Assembly: GCA_038056395.1 (NCBI GenBank)
Contig: JBBUFS010000004.1
Coordinates: 884-64,883 of the forward strand
Origin: Patescibacteria group bacterium
Lineage (GTDB): Bacteria; Patescibacteriota; Minisyncoccia; Phycocordibacterales; WO2-35-19
Length of the DNA: 64,000 bases
Direction: 5' to 3'
Shown here in pieces: positions 43,882 to 53,915 of this stretch (positions within the stretch are counted from its first letter, which is position 1; each line of letters starts with the position of its first letter). Position numbers and translations under genes: made by a program. The notes under the pieces are model-generated. The model did no database searches. It had not been told where the DNA came from and saw only the letters and a list, made by a program, of their open reading frames with translations.

Positions 43882-43990
43882 ATAAACATTTTATTATTTA
43901 TTTTGCAACAAAAAACATATGCGTATCTGCCCGCGATATGGTATTGAGAAAGGCCTCGAGCCATGATAAAATGGCCAAATTAAAGATAAA

Positions 43991-45988
43991 ATGGACGAAA
44001 AAACCAAAAATATAAACGATCCAAACAATCCGGTGATCCTTTTTATTCCCGAGGCCGGAATATATCCTTTTATAAGAGGGCTTTCTGTTTTGGGTGATTC
44101 CATAGTAAAACAGGGCGGTAAAGTGTTTGTTACTTATGATCCGGGAATTATGCTGCGCTCCCCTATTATGGTAAAGCATAAAATGCCGGTGAACGCTTCG
44201 TTGGAACAAAGAGCTGAAATATGCAAAAAAAATACGGAGATTTTGAAAAAAGTTTTGTCAAAATATAAATTTTCACCAATAGATATTTCTGAATTGGTTG
44301 ATGAAAAGCTTATGCAAGAAATAGAAAGTTTGGTTGCCGATAAAAATAACGATTTGGAAAACATAATTTATAGAGGTTTTCCCGTTGGAAAAGTCGCTCA
44401 GTACGACTTTATGCTTGAAACCAAATTTCCATACTCTCCAATCCTTTCCAATGAACGTAAGGCTTTGTATTCGGCCTATATAAAAAACACGGCTCTGACC
44501 ATAGCCATAACTGACCGTATTTGCCAAAAACACAAGCCCTCTCTGCTTGTAACATTTAATGAATACGCCCAAAGTCAGGCTGTGAGATATAGCGCAGATA
44601 CTCACAACATATCGCGTATGGCCTTAACATATCCGGTGCATTTTAATATAGATGCATCAAGATTTCTAATTTGGAAATCCACATTTTCATTATTTTTTTA
44701 TCTTCATTGTCAAAAGTGGAACGACATAAAAGATATTCCCATAGTTCCGCAATATATAAAAGAATGTTGGGATGATGTTGTGTTTCGCCTTTTTGGCGCG
44801 GGGGGGTCGCATATATTTTCCACCAGAAAGGAAGGCGACCCGGCTAATGTCTTCAATAAATTAAAACTGGATCCAAAAAAGAAAACTGTTGTGGCCTATT
44901 CCAGCAGTCGCGATGAACGTCCAGGTTTGGACACCATAATGAAAGTGTGGGGGGAAGATTCGAAGGTTGTCGACGCTTTTCAAAATCAAACAGAATGGCT
45001 TTCGGTTTTGCGCGAATACGCCGCCAAACGGGATGATATTCAAATTGTGGTCCGCATTCATCCGCGAGAAGGCAAGAGGCAGTTTGGTTTTGATTCCCAA
45101 CATCTGAAACAGCTTAAAGAAAAATTCACCGAAAACGCTTCAAATTTTATTATTGTTTGGCCAGATGATCCTATTTCAAGTTATGACCTGGTGGAACTGG
45201 CTGATATTTGTTTGATAGCTTGGTCTTCTATGGGCCATGAAGCGACCAGACTGGGAGTGCCGGTGCTTTCGTATGCCAGCAATCTGACTTATGTGGATGA
45301 TGATTTTATGCAAGTCGCCACTACCCCGGAAGAATACTTGAAAAAATTGGATTATATTATTGATATGAAATATGCTTGGCGACACCTTGTTAAAGCAGTG
45401 CGTTTTTACCATTGGCGCACTTTTATTCCTTCGCTTGATTTGGGAGAAACTGTTCCTGTTGATTTTGGAGATGACACTATATGGCCGGAGGCTCCAGAGT
45501 CTATGGTTCCAGTAATAAACGATATTTTATCAGGCAAACAAGACCTTATTTCTTACAATATAAAAAAATGGCAAGATTCTCTGAATGATGATTCCCTAAA
45601 AGAAGAATCTGAGGCCATGCGAAAAGGAATACGCTATTTTTTGGATAAAATATTTTACCCGCCAGCTGCTCCTAAAAATAATTTCTTAACAAAATTATAT
45701 AAACGAGTTTTGTATAAATTGATAAGAATTTGGCATCGCCTATCCTGGAATAGAAAATATCCAACCAAGAAAAAAGAGTATGATTTTACCGACTACAAGC
45801 TTGAGTACTACGATAATAAGTCCCGCGCCGAAGAGTTTCGCCTAAGAACCGAGGGGGACAAAAATTTGCGTGTTATCATTGCCGATGGACTTTATGCCGT
45901 ATTGGCGCACAATGGAAAGTTATCGCGTCGCATGTCTCCCATGGTTATTAAATTAGCCAAAATGCACTATGAATCAAGAGAGTATTAA
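43991..45988 (+). CDS. Capsule-polysaccharide/nonulosonate transferase-like protein
   Basis: VRIHPRE, ISSYDL and SSMG.EA motifs resembling KpsS-type GT-B domains; located in the glycan locus. Confidence 0.55.
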   Translation: MDEKTKNINDPNNPVILFIPEAGIYPFIRGLSVLGDSIVKQGGKVFVTYDPGIMLRSPIMVKHKMPVNASLEQRAEICKKNTEILKKVLSKYKFSPIDISELVDEKLMQEIESLVADKNNDLENIIYRGFPVGKVAQYDFMLETKFPYSPILSNERKALYSAYIKNTALTIAITDRICQKHKPSLLVTFNEYAQSQAVRYSADTHNISRMALTYPVHFNIDASRFLIWKSTFSLFFYLHCQKWNDIKDIPIVPQYIKECWDDVVFRLFGAGGSHIFSTRKEGDPANVFNKLKLDPKKKTVVAYSSSRDERPGLDTIMKVWGEDSKVVDAFQNQTEWLSVLREYAAKRDDIQIVVRIHPREGKRQFGFDSQHLKQLKEKFTENASNFIIVWPDDPISSYDLVELADICLIAWSSMGHEATRLGVPVLSYASNLTYVDDDFMQVATTPEEYLKKLDYIIDMKYAWRHLVKAVRFYHWRTFIPSLDLGETVPVDFGDDTIWPEAPESMVPVINDILSGKQDLISYNIKKWQDSLNDDSLKEESEAMRKGIRYFLDKIFYPPAAPKNNFLTKLYKRVLYKLIRIWHRLSWNRKYPTKKKEYDFTDYKLEYYDNKSRAEEFRLRTEGDKNLRVIIADGLYAVLAHNGKLSRRMSPMVIKLAKMHYESREY

Positions 45989-46919
45989 AAAAGAAAACGC
46001 GCCTATTGCTCTATTCGTTTATAACCGTCCAGAGCATACTAAGAGAACAATTAGTGCTTTGAAGCAGAATAATCTTGCTAAAGAGAGCGATCTTTTTATT
46101 TTCAGTGACGGCTCCCAACTTCGTCGAGACTCCGCTGGGCAAGGGAAAGATGAAGAAGCGAAACTTAAAGTTCAAAAAGTGAGAGATTATATAAAAACGG
46201 TTTCCGGATTCAGAAAAGTGGAGATTATTGAAAGAAGCGAAAATTTTGGTTTAGCAAAATCTATAATTTCCGGAGTGACAGAAATTGTAAATAAATACGG
46301 CAGAGTTATTGTACTGGAAGACGATTTGGTCACTTCTCCCCATTTTTTGGAATACATGAATGATGCCCTTGATTTGTATGAAAAAGAAGAAAAAGTCATA
46401 AGCATACACGGATATATTTATCCCATAAAAAAAGATCTGCCGGAGACATTTTTTATAAAAGGAGCGGACTGCTGGGGCTGGGCCACCTGGAAAAGAGGGT
46501 GGGGTCTGTTTGAATCGGATGGAAAAAATCTATTAGCGGAATTAGAAAAAAGAAATTTGATAAAAGAATTTGATTTTGACGGCGCTTATAATTACTCGGG
46601 TATGCTTAAAAGGCAAATTGAAGGAAAGAATGATTCCTGGGCCGTTCGCTGGTATGCTTCGGCCTTCCTTAAAAACAAGCTGACTCTTTATCCGGGCCAG
46701 TCTCTTGTTCAAAACATAGGGCAAGACGCCAGCGGCACCCATAAAGGCGACTCAAACGCACACCGGGTTATTGTTTCGGATAGAAAAATAAATGTTGAAA
46801 AAATTGAAATTATTGAAAATGGAAAAATTAAGAAAAGTATTATACAATATTTCAAGTCCCTAAAGCCAAGCGTTTTCGAAAGAATCAAATTGAAAATTTT
46901 GTTAAAAAATTCTAAATGA
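45969..46919 (+). CDS. GT2-like glycosyltransferase
   Basis: PIALFVYNRP, IVLEDD, CWGWATW, DSWAVRW. Confidence 0.88.
   Translation: MNQESIKKENAPIALFVYNRPEHTKRTISALKQNNLAKESDLFIFSDGSQLRRDSAGQGKDEEAKLKVQKVRDYIKTVSGFRKVEIIERSENFGLAKSIISGVTEIVNKYGRVIVLEDDLVTSPHFLEYMNDALDLYEKEEKVISIHGYIYPIKKDLPETFFIKGADCWGWATWKRGWGLFESDGKNLLAELEKRNLIKEFDFDGAYNYSGMLKRQIEGKNDSWAVRWYASAFLKNKLTLYPGQSLVQNIGQDASGTHKGDSNAHRVIVSDRKINVEKIEIIENGKIKKSIIQYFKSLKPSVFERIKLKILLKNSK
46114..46143 (+). repeat. 30-bp REP-like element in-frame in GT (SQLRRDSAGQG)
   Basis: cccaacttcgtcgagactccgctgggcaag; homologous to 404..433 and 13998..14027. Confidence 0.65.
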
Positions 46920-46928
46920 ATAAAAAAT

Positions 46929-47690
46929 ATGAAAGAAAAAATAAAATCTTTTGTCAAGAAATTTTCAGAAATATTATTTAAATATGAATGTCTTCTGGCA
47001 TCTAGGTGGGCGTCAAAAGCGCACGAACATCTAAAGTGGGCTCAATGGAGAATACTGCCACAGCCAGAATTTTTTGACCATCATATTGACTTGTATTATC
47101 AATGGCTGGAAAAAAAAGATCCTCTTTGGACAGAAAGGGGTGTTTTTAGTGGTTTGGCATTAAAAGGAAACAATGTTTTAGAATTGGCCTGCGGAGACGG
47201 TTTTAACGCCAGAAATTTTTACAGCTTAAAATCAAAACAAATCATCGCATGCGATTTTGATCCAAAAGCAATAAGAACGGCAAAAAATAAAAACCCGGCT
47301 TCCAATGTTGAATATATCCTGGCCGATATAAGAAGTGAAATGCCCCAAGGAAAATTTGATAACATTATATGGGATGCGGCAATTGAACACTTCACCCCAA
47401 AAGAAATAAACAATATTCTAAAAGAAATAAAAACACGATTGAATAAGGAGGGCATATTGAGCGGCTACACAATAGTCAAAAAAGACGACGGCCAAAAATC
47501 TTTGTCACACCATGAATACGAGTTTGAAAATAAAGAGGATTTATTAAATTTTTTGGCGCCCTTTTTTAAAAACGTGACAGTTTTTGAAACTATATTTCCT
47601 AGCCGCCACAATTTGTATTTTTGGGCTTCAGATGAAAGCGATCTCCCATTCGCAAAAAACTGGAAGCATTCCATAAGCCATAATGATTAA
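46929..47690 (+). CDS. Class I SAM methyltransferase
   Basis: VLELACGDG, ACDFD, AIEHF. Confidence 0.82.
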   Translation: MKEKIKSFVKKFSEILFKYECLLASRWASKAHEHLKWAQWRILPQPEFFDHHIDLYYQWLEKKDPLWTERGVFSGLALKGNNVLELACGDGFNARNFYSLKSKQIIACDFDPKAIRTAKNKNPASNVEYILADIRSEMPQGKFDNIIWDAAIEHFTPKEINNILKEIKTRLNKEGILSGYTIVKKDDGQKSLSHHEYEFENKEDLLNFLAPFFKNVTVFETIFPSRHNLYFWASDESDLPFAKNWKHSISHND

Positions 47691-48474
47691 AAACCTTATA
47701 AAAAATATCACCCCGCCTATTATTTTAAAACTCATAAAAGGAAGACCGAGGTACGGGTTTTTTGGAAATTATAAAGCTTGGCATGAAGCGCGGGCGGATT
47801 CCGGAGGTTATGATGATGAAAAAATTTTGGAAAAAGTAAAAGATTCTTTGCTTAAAGTTAAAAACGGCCAAGCGGCATACGAAAGGGACTCGGTTTTGTT
47901 TGATAAAATTCAATATTCTTGGCCGGTTCTTTCTGCTCTATTATGGATTGCTTCGCAAAACAACAATGAATTGATTTTGATTGATTTTGGAGGCTCTCTC
48001 GGCAGCAGCTATTTCCAGAATATGGGATTTTTGAAGCATCTCAAAAAGTTAAAGTGGAATATTGTTGAACAGAAAAATTTCGTTGAATGCGGCAGAAAAT
48101 TTTTTGAAGATGAACATCTTAAATTTTTTGGCGATATTGAAGATTGCTTAAAAGAAAATAATATCAATGTTTTCTTGGCTTCAAGTTCATTCCAATATCT
48201 TGAAGATCCTTACGCTTTTATGAAAAAGATAGTTGACCTTGATTTTAAATATATCGTTATAGACAGGACTCCATATTTCAAAGAAGAAGACCTTATCACC
48301 GTGCAAAAAGTAAATCCCAAAATCTATGACGCTAGTTATCCGGCTTGGATTATAAATGAAAGTAAATTTATTAAAATTCTTGAGCCGAAATATGATTTGA
48401 TTGCCGATTGGCAATCTTCTTTTGAAAAAATCGCGCTGCGGGGATTTATTCTAAGAAATAAAAAAAATGAATAA
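47683..48474 (+). CDS. Putative methyltransferase (TIGR04325-like)
   Basis: ERDSVLF, DFGGSLGSSY, W.IVEQ, SS.QY, IDRTP, YPAW. Confidence 0.78.
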   Translation: MIKNLIKNITPPIILKLIKGRPRYGFFGNYKAWHEARADSGGYDDEKILEKVKDSLLKVKNGQAAYERDSVLFDKIQYSWPVLSALLWIASQNNNELILIDFGGSLGSSYFQNMGFLKHLKKLKWNIVEQKNFVECGRKFFEDEHLKFFGDIEDCLKENNINVFLASSSFQYLEDPYAFMKKIVDLDFKYIVIDRTPYFKEEDLITVQKVNPKIYDASYPAWIINESKFIKILEPKYDLIADWQSSFEKIALRGFILRNKKNE

Positions 48475-50020
48475 AACCGCAAACAAAAAAGGCCCGGTTA
48501 TACTGGTGCCCAAAGATATTTCTTTTATTTTTCCATTTGGGTATGCATATCTGGCCGGTTATTTGATTGAAAAAGGCGAGGAGGTAAAGATTTTGTTCAG
48601 GCCCAATAATCCCTCCGATTTTAAAAAATTTGTCCGGCAAATAATTGATTTGAAGCCGGTATTAGTCGGTTTCGGCACTATTTATCCAGATCTTTATCCG
48701 ATCAAAGAGTTAGTGGGGCTTTTAAACAAAGCCGGCAGAAATTTCCCTGTCGTTGTCGGCGGCCAGATGGTAACCCCCACTCCGGATTTTGCCGTAGAAA
48801 TAACCGGAGCGGACTTCGGGGTAATCGGTGAAGGGGAAATTATTTTATACGAGCTGGTTAAAGCTTTGCGCCAAGACCAGGACGTTCATCAAGTCAAAGG
48901 TATCATAATCAATGAGAACGGCAAATTATTTTCTACCGGTCCGGGCGATTTTATAAAAAATATGTCCAAATTGCCGAAAATTCCGTATGATTTATTCCCC
49001 TCCGACAAATGGCTGAATATCGGGCGATATTATGTCGGGAAAGCCCAGCCCCATTGGCGGTACAATGATAAGGTGGTTGCCATTCACGGCGGCCGAGGAT
49101 GCCCTTTCAATTGCAATTTCTGCTACCATCATAGTCTGCCGCGTTATCGCTCCATAGACGATATGTTTGAAGGGGTGGAAATGTTGATAGAAAAATATAA
49201 CGCCAATATGTTGTATTTTGCCGATGATTTGGTATTAGCCACTCCGACCAGAGCCAAAGAATTGACCGAGGCGATAAGGCGGCTCGGCCGGAAAATTGAA
49301 TATTCGGTTTCCTGTCGTTTTGACATTTTAGATCGGCTGAGCGATGAAATGCTGCGCGAAATGAAAGAAACCGGCTGCCGGATCATGGGACTTGGCATTG
49401 AATCAGGTTCGCCAAGAATGCTTGGCATTATTGATAAAAGAATTACTCCTGAACAAATTATAAGAGGCATGCGGCGCTTGAAAGACGCCGGTATTCTGTC
49501 ATCAGTAAGCATTATGGTCGGACAATACACCGAAACCCCGGAAGATGTCCAGAAATCAATGGATTTGATGCTGGAAACTTTGAAGTACGACAAGAATGCT
49601 TTCTATGCTTTCTCTATCACCACCCCTTTCCCCGGCACTCAGTTGTACGGCATCGCCTTGGAGAAAAAGATAATCAAAGATCATTTGGATTTTTATAGAA
49701 AATTTAATTCAGAAAAAGGAATTGGCGGATTGTCGGTAAACCTTTCAGCCATGAGCGATGAAGAAGTGGTGGCCATGCATCAAAAAATAAAGAACGCTTA
49801 TTTGAAAAGAAAAAGGGAGCTGGTCGGCCGGAAAGTGATAGCGGCGGAAGCCGTCCGTTATTTTACCTATCGAGTTTACAACAAAATAGCCAGGAGAATC
49901 ATAGATCGACTGCCAGCGGGACAGCCGTTCGCGCTCATCAAAAAAATATACCACGAAAGCCACAATGCCATTCAGTTTTTGTTTGATAAATTGAGGCTTT
50001 ATTTATTGGATGTCAAATAA
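48467..50020 (+). CDS. B12-binding radical SAM protein
   Basis: GG..., GEGE, RGCPFNCNFC, GIESGS, TPFPGT. Confidence 0.9.
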   Translation: MNKTANKKGPVILVPKDISFIFPFGYAYLAGYLIEKGEEVKILFRPNNPSDFKKFVRQIIDLKPVLVGFGTIYPDLYPIKELVGLLNKAGRNFPVVVGGQMVTPTPDFAVEITGADFGVIGEGEIILYELVKALRQDQDVHQVKGIIINENGKLFSTGPGDFIKNMSKLPKIPYDLFPSDKWLNIGRYYVGKAQPHWRYNDKVVAIHGGRGCPFNCNFCYHHSLPRYRSIDDMFEGVEMLIEKYNANMLYFADDLVLATPTRAKELTEAIRRLGRKIEYSVSCRFDILDRLSDEMLREMKETGCRIMGLGIESGSPRMLGIIDKRITPEQIIRGMRRLKDAGILSSVSIMVGQYTETPEDVQKSMDLMLETLKYDKNAFYAFSITTPFPGTQLYGIALEKKIIKDHLDFYRKFNSEKGIGGLSVNLSAMSDEEVVAMHQKIKNAYLKRKRELVGRKVIAAEAVRYFTYRVYNKIARRIIDRLPAGQPFALIKKIYHESHNAIQFLFDKLRLYLLDVK

Positions 50021-50744
50021 AATAATGGGAAAGATTTCCGAGACAATAAAAAAACAACAATTCAATCCGGGACTCTTGGGTGTCTTTATCAATCCTTTTT
50101 ATCTTGTCAGACGAGAGTTGTACCGAAACATATTTTCATTGGCAAAACACATAAAAGGCCGTGTTCTTGATATCGGGTGCGGCAGCAAGCCTTACCAAAA
50201 ACTTTTTACGGATGCCAAAGAGTATGCGGGGATGGAATTTGATTCGGAAGCTAACAGGGCTAAAAAACAAGCTGATATTTTTTACGATGGCAAACGCTTC
50301 CCTTTTGAAGATTCCCGGTTTGATTCGGTTATAGCCACAGAAGTGTTGGAACATGTATTCAATCCGGATGAATTTGCAAACGAAATAAATCGGGTGCTCA
50401 AGAAAGGCGGGAATGTTCTTCTGACTGTTCCATTTGTTTGGGACGAGCATGAACAGCCTTATGATTACGCCAGATATTCTTCGTTTGGTCTTTCCCATCT
50501 TCTCCAAAAACACGGCTTTAAAATAATGGAAATGCGCAAGACGCTTGGCGACATAAGAGTTGTATTTCAGCTGATAAATTGCTATGTGCATAAAATAATT
50601 CCCGTGAAAAATTATCGTTTTAGATTATGTTTTTATGTTTTATTTATCGCGCCGTTCACTATCGCGGGTATTTTGATATCTTTTATTCTGCCGAAAAACC
50701 AGGATCTTTATATGAATAATATAATTCTGGCCAAAAAAATATGA
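50010..50744 (+). CDS. Class I SAM methyltransferase
   Basis: VLDIGCGSKPY, EVLEHV, VPFVWDEHEQPYD. Confidence 0.88.
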   Translation: MSNKIMGKISETIKKQQFNPGLLGVFINPFYLVRRELYRNIFSLAKHIKGRVLDIGCGSKPYQKLFTDAKEYAGMEFDSEANRAKKQADIFYDGKRFPFEDSRFDSVIATEVLEHVFNPDEFANEINRVLKKGGNVLLTVPFVWDEHEQPYDYARYSSFGLSHLLQKHGFKIMEMRKTLGDIRVVFQLINCYVHKIIPVKNYRFRLCFYVLFIAPFTIAGILISFILPKNQDLYMNNIILAKKI

Positions 50745-51691
50745 CCAGAAATTTCTGCACTTATTTTGATAAAAATTATCTTTTGAAAGGTCTGGCTTTG
50801 CACGGTTCTCTTTTGGAATTTTGTCCAAATTTTCATCTTTGGATTCTGTGTTTTGACGATGAAAGTCACGATGCCTTGAAAAAATTAAATTTGCTGAAAA
50901 CCAGTCTCATAAAACTTTCTGATTTTGAAGATGAAAAACTTTTGGCGGTTAAAAGCGGTCGTAAAATATCCGAATATTGCTGGACATGTACTCCTTCCCT
51001 ACCCCTTTATATTTTCAAGCAAAATCCGGATTTGGAAATGCTGGCTTATCTGGACGCTGATTTGTATTTTTACAATTCTCCAAACGAAATTTATGAAGAA
51101 TTTGGTCATAATTCAATAATGATAATTCCTCACAATTTTTCAAAAGACCAAAAATTCAGGGAGAAAACCAGCGGCATTTATAATGTAGGCATGCTTATTT
51201 TCAAAAATGACGCTAACGCTTTGGAGTGTTTAAATTGGTGGCGGGATAAATGTCTGGAGTGGTGCTTTGATTATTATGAAGATGGTAAGTTTGGCGATCA
51301 ACTTTACTTAAACGATTGGCTAAAAAGATTCAAAGGTGTCCATGTTTTAAAAAATCCCGGAGCAAATGTGGCCTCTTGGAATATCAGAAATTATGATTCT
51401 TCAAAATGGCCACTTATTTTTTATCACTTCCATGGGATAAGATTGTTCAATGTTTTTGGAAAAATAAAAGCAAAAAATCAAAATATCAATGGTATTGAAA
51501 ATAAATTTATTTTTACAAAATATTCTCAAACCCTTACTAATTGTTTGCATAATATTAAAAAAATAGACAAAAATTTTAATTGCAGGACAGAAAGCAATAT
51601 AAAATACTTGTTTTGGATAATAAAATATTTCTTGCAAAGAATAAAAAGTGTGTTATCTCTGTTTAATATCTTTCTGCTTATAAAAATATGA
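50741..51691 (+). CDS. Putative glycosyltransferase (GT-A, DxD)
   Basis: FCTYFDKNYL, YCWTCTP, YLDADL, YNVG, DQLYL, FYHFHG. Confidence 0.75.
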   Translation: MTRNFCTYFDKNYLLKGLALHGSLLEFCPNFHLWILCFDDESHDALKKLNLLKTSLIKLSDFEDEKLLAVKSGRKISEYCWTCTPSLPLYIFKQNPDLEMLAYLDADLYFYNSPNEIYEEFGHNSIMIIPHNFSKDQKFREKTSGIYNVGMLIFKNDANALECLNWWRDKCLEWCFDYYEDGKFGDQLYLNDWLKRFKGVHVLKNPGANVASWNIRNYDSSKWPLIFYHFHGIRLFNVFGKIKAKNQNINGIENKFIFTKYSQTLTNCLHNIKKIDKNFNCRTESNIKYLFWIIKYFLQRIKSVLSLFNIFLLIKI

Positions 51692-52228
51692 TAATTTTTT
51701 GATTATGGGTATTTGGAGTGGCAATAAATTTTTAGGTAATTTATTTAATGGGAAAAATTTTTCTATCTGATTTTCTCTTTTTTTTCCTTTTAGTTCAGCC
51801 GTAAAAACAAAAGAAAATTCATGACCCCTAGGAGATTCACCAATATTTTTTCCAAAAGGTCTTTCAAACCAATCAAAAAAAGATTCTTTAGTTATTGGCA
51901 TTTTGATTTCTTCTTTACAAACTCTTTCTATGGTATTTCCTATCTTTTCCGTAGGAATACATACCCGACCGGGAATATGCCAACCCTTAAAAAATTTATC
52001 TTTCCTATAAGTTAAAAATATTTCTGGATTTTTGTCCTTATTTTTGATAACTATAACTTCGGCACAAACCGTACCAAAAACTTGACACCAAGCTTCAAAA
52101 ACTGGGAGTGGTGTCGGGAAAGAGAGTTTATTTATTAACCTTACTAGTTCTTTTTCTTCTTGGCTTGTTAAAGAAGTCATTAGATATAGTATCAAACCTC
52201 TGTGATATTTATAGCCTGGGCCGGGCAA
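51653..52228 (-). CDS. NUDIX-like hydrolase (likely start ~52180)
   Basis: WHIPG.....E.......RV..EE. Confidence 0.7.
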   Translation of the reverse strand: MPGPGYKYHRGLILYLMTSLTSQEEKELVRLINKLSFPTPLPVFEAWCQVFGTVCAEVIVIKNKDKNPEIFLTYRKDKFFKGWHIPGRVCIPTEKIGNTIERVCKEEIKMPITKESFFDWFERPFGKNIGESPRGHEFSFVFTAELKGKKRENQIEKFFPLNKLPKNLLPLQIPIIKKLSYFYKQKDIKQR

Positions 52229-52419
52229 CCCTCTGCCGCTTCTTTCACTTTTTTTAATTGTTCATCGGTTAATTCTATTAACAATGTCTCTACCAGCTCG
52301 CCATTTTCGTTTAGTTTGCCCTTAAAATCTTTTTCATCGTACTTAAACAATTCCGGCGCGCAGTTCATGCAGAAACTGCAGCCGATGCATTCGTTTTGAT
52401 TTATGGTTATTTTAGCCAT
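52192..52419 (-). CDS. Ferredoxin
   Basis: CIGCSFC...AP.LF...AAEGCPAQAI. Confidence 0.9.
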   Translation of the reverse strand: MAKITINQNECIGCSFCMNCAPELFKYDEKDFKGKLNENGELVETLLIELTDEQLKKVKEAAEGCPAQAINITEV

Positions 52420-53911
52420 GTAAAGATTTTAATCTATTATATCTCTTTGCCGACAATTGAAAAAATTTCTTTAACCAGACTATAGTTCGCACTTCAACTG
52501 GCCAGCGCCAAAAGTTGTTTTTGAATCGAAAAATAATCAGGATTCTAAATAATTTAATCAGCAGATGCCGCGCGACATTTTTTGGCGATTTGTCAGTCAG
52601 AGATTTCAATCTCTTGCCATACCAGGCAAATGGACTCAGCTCGTGGATAATTTCATATTCTTTGTGGTTTTTAATCCAGGGCAGGCGCGCCTTGCCCCAA
52701 AAATAGCTTCCCCATTCTTCCAGTGTTTGAGGCGGTTTAAACCCCAAGTCCAAGGCTTTATTAAATAAAATCGTACCAGGATATGGAATATAAATCCATA
52801 AAGGATAAAAGGCGGCCTTGTTGTAAATTTTTTGCAATTTTAATATCAGGTCAACGGTTTCTTGTCTCTCGGTTATAGTTTCAGTCGGCCAGCCAATGAC
52901 AAACGACAGCATTAATTTTAAATCCAGAGATTTGGCCACTTCTACCGCCTTGATAGTTTGTTCAACCGTAATGCCTTTTCGGATAACCTCCCGCAAAATA
53001 CGGTCGGAACCGCTTTCGCAGCCCACCCGCAGTTCGCATAAACCGCTGTCTTTCAATTCTTTCAAAAAAACATAATCAAAATAATCCACTCGGGCGTCAA
53101 TTGAATATTTTATTTTAAGTTTTTTTTCTTTTATAAGTCGCCCGAATTCCAAAGCGCGACTCCGGTCTACCACAAAATTGTCATCGTGAATAACAAAATA
53201 ATTTATGCCATAATTTTTGTGCAAAAATTCCAGCTCTTCAAAGGCCTTTTGAGCAGTCTTGGCCCGCCATTTGCGTTTGTTAAAAAATAAGTTATAGCAA
53301 AAACTGCACGGGAAAGGGCATCCTTTGCTGGTATAAAAATCTATTACCCGTTCGCCGGGATTATGCGACAGAGCTTTAACATAACGCTCCACTGGAATTA
53401 AATCCCAAGCCGGCCTGGGCAATTCGTTCATATCAAGAAAATCTTCCGAAATTTTATTTATTCTAGCCCGGCCTTTTTCTTTCCAACCCAAATTTTCTAT
53501 ATTATCAAAAAACAAATTGTGTTCCAATGTTTCTAATAACAATTTCAATGTTTTCTCTCCTTCATTAATAACAACAAAGTCAATTGAGGGGTGCGCCAAA
53601 GTTTGCTCCGGAAAAAAAGTGGGGTGAATGCCGCCGACTATTATTTTTACATTTGAATCAATAGCTCTTATTTTTTGGCTGATTTTTATAATTTGCAAAA
53701 TGCAGCTGCCTGTCAGCATGCTAAAACCAACGGCCAAAGGTTTTTTCTCTTTAATTAAATCGCAAAGCTTATCTGCCGAACTGAAACGCAAATCAACAAT
53801 TTGGACATCAAAATCGCCTCTTATGTAAGCGGCCAAACTTATTAAACCAAGCGGCGCATAAGCCGCCTCATTTAACCCGTTTTCCGGCTGAATCAAAATA
53901 ATTTTTCTCAT
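52412..53911 (-). CDS. B12-binding radical SAM protein
   Basis: PLGL, GGIHPT, EGE, KGCPFPCSFC, GCESGS, PYPGT. Confidence 0.9.
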   Translation of the reverse strand: MRKIILIQPENGLNEAAYAPLGLISLAAYIRGDFDVQIVDLRFSSADKLCDLIKEKKPLAVGFSMLTGSCILQIIKISQKIRAIDSNVKIIVGGIHPTFFPEQTLAHPSIDFVVINEGEKTLKLLLETLEHNLFFDNIENLGWKEKGRARINKISEDFLDMNELPRPAWDLIPVERYVKALSHNPGERVIDFYTSKGCPFPCSFCYNLFFNKRKWRAKTAQKAFEELEFLHKNYGINYFVIHDDNFVVDRSRALEFGRLIKEKKLKIKYSIDARVDYFDYVFLKELKDSGLCELRVGCESGSDRILREVIRKGITVEQTIKAVEVAKSLDLKLMLSFVIGWPTETITERQETVDLILKLQKIYNKAAFYPLWIYIPYPGTILFNKALDLGFKPPQTLEEWGSYFWGKARLPWIKNHKEYEIIHELSPFAWYGKRLKSLTDKSPKNVARHLLIKLFRILIIFRFKNNFWRWPVEVRTIVWLKKFFQLSAKRYNRLKSLHG

Positions 53912-53915
53912 TAGA

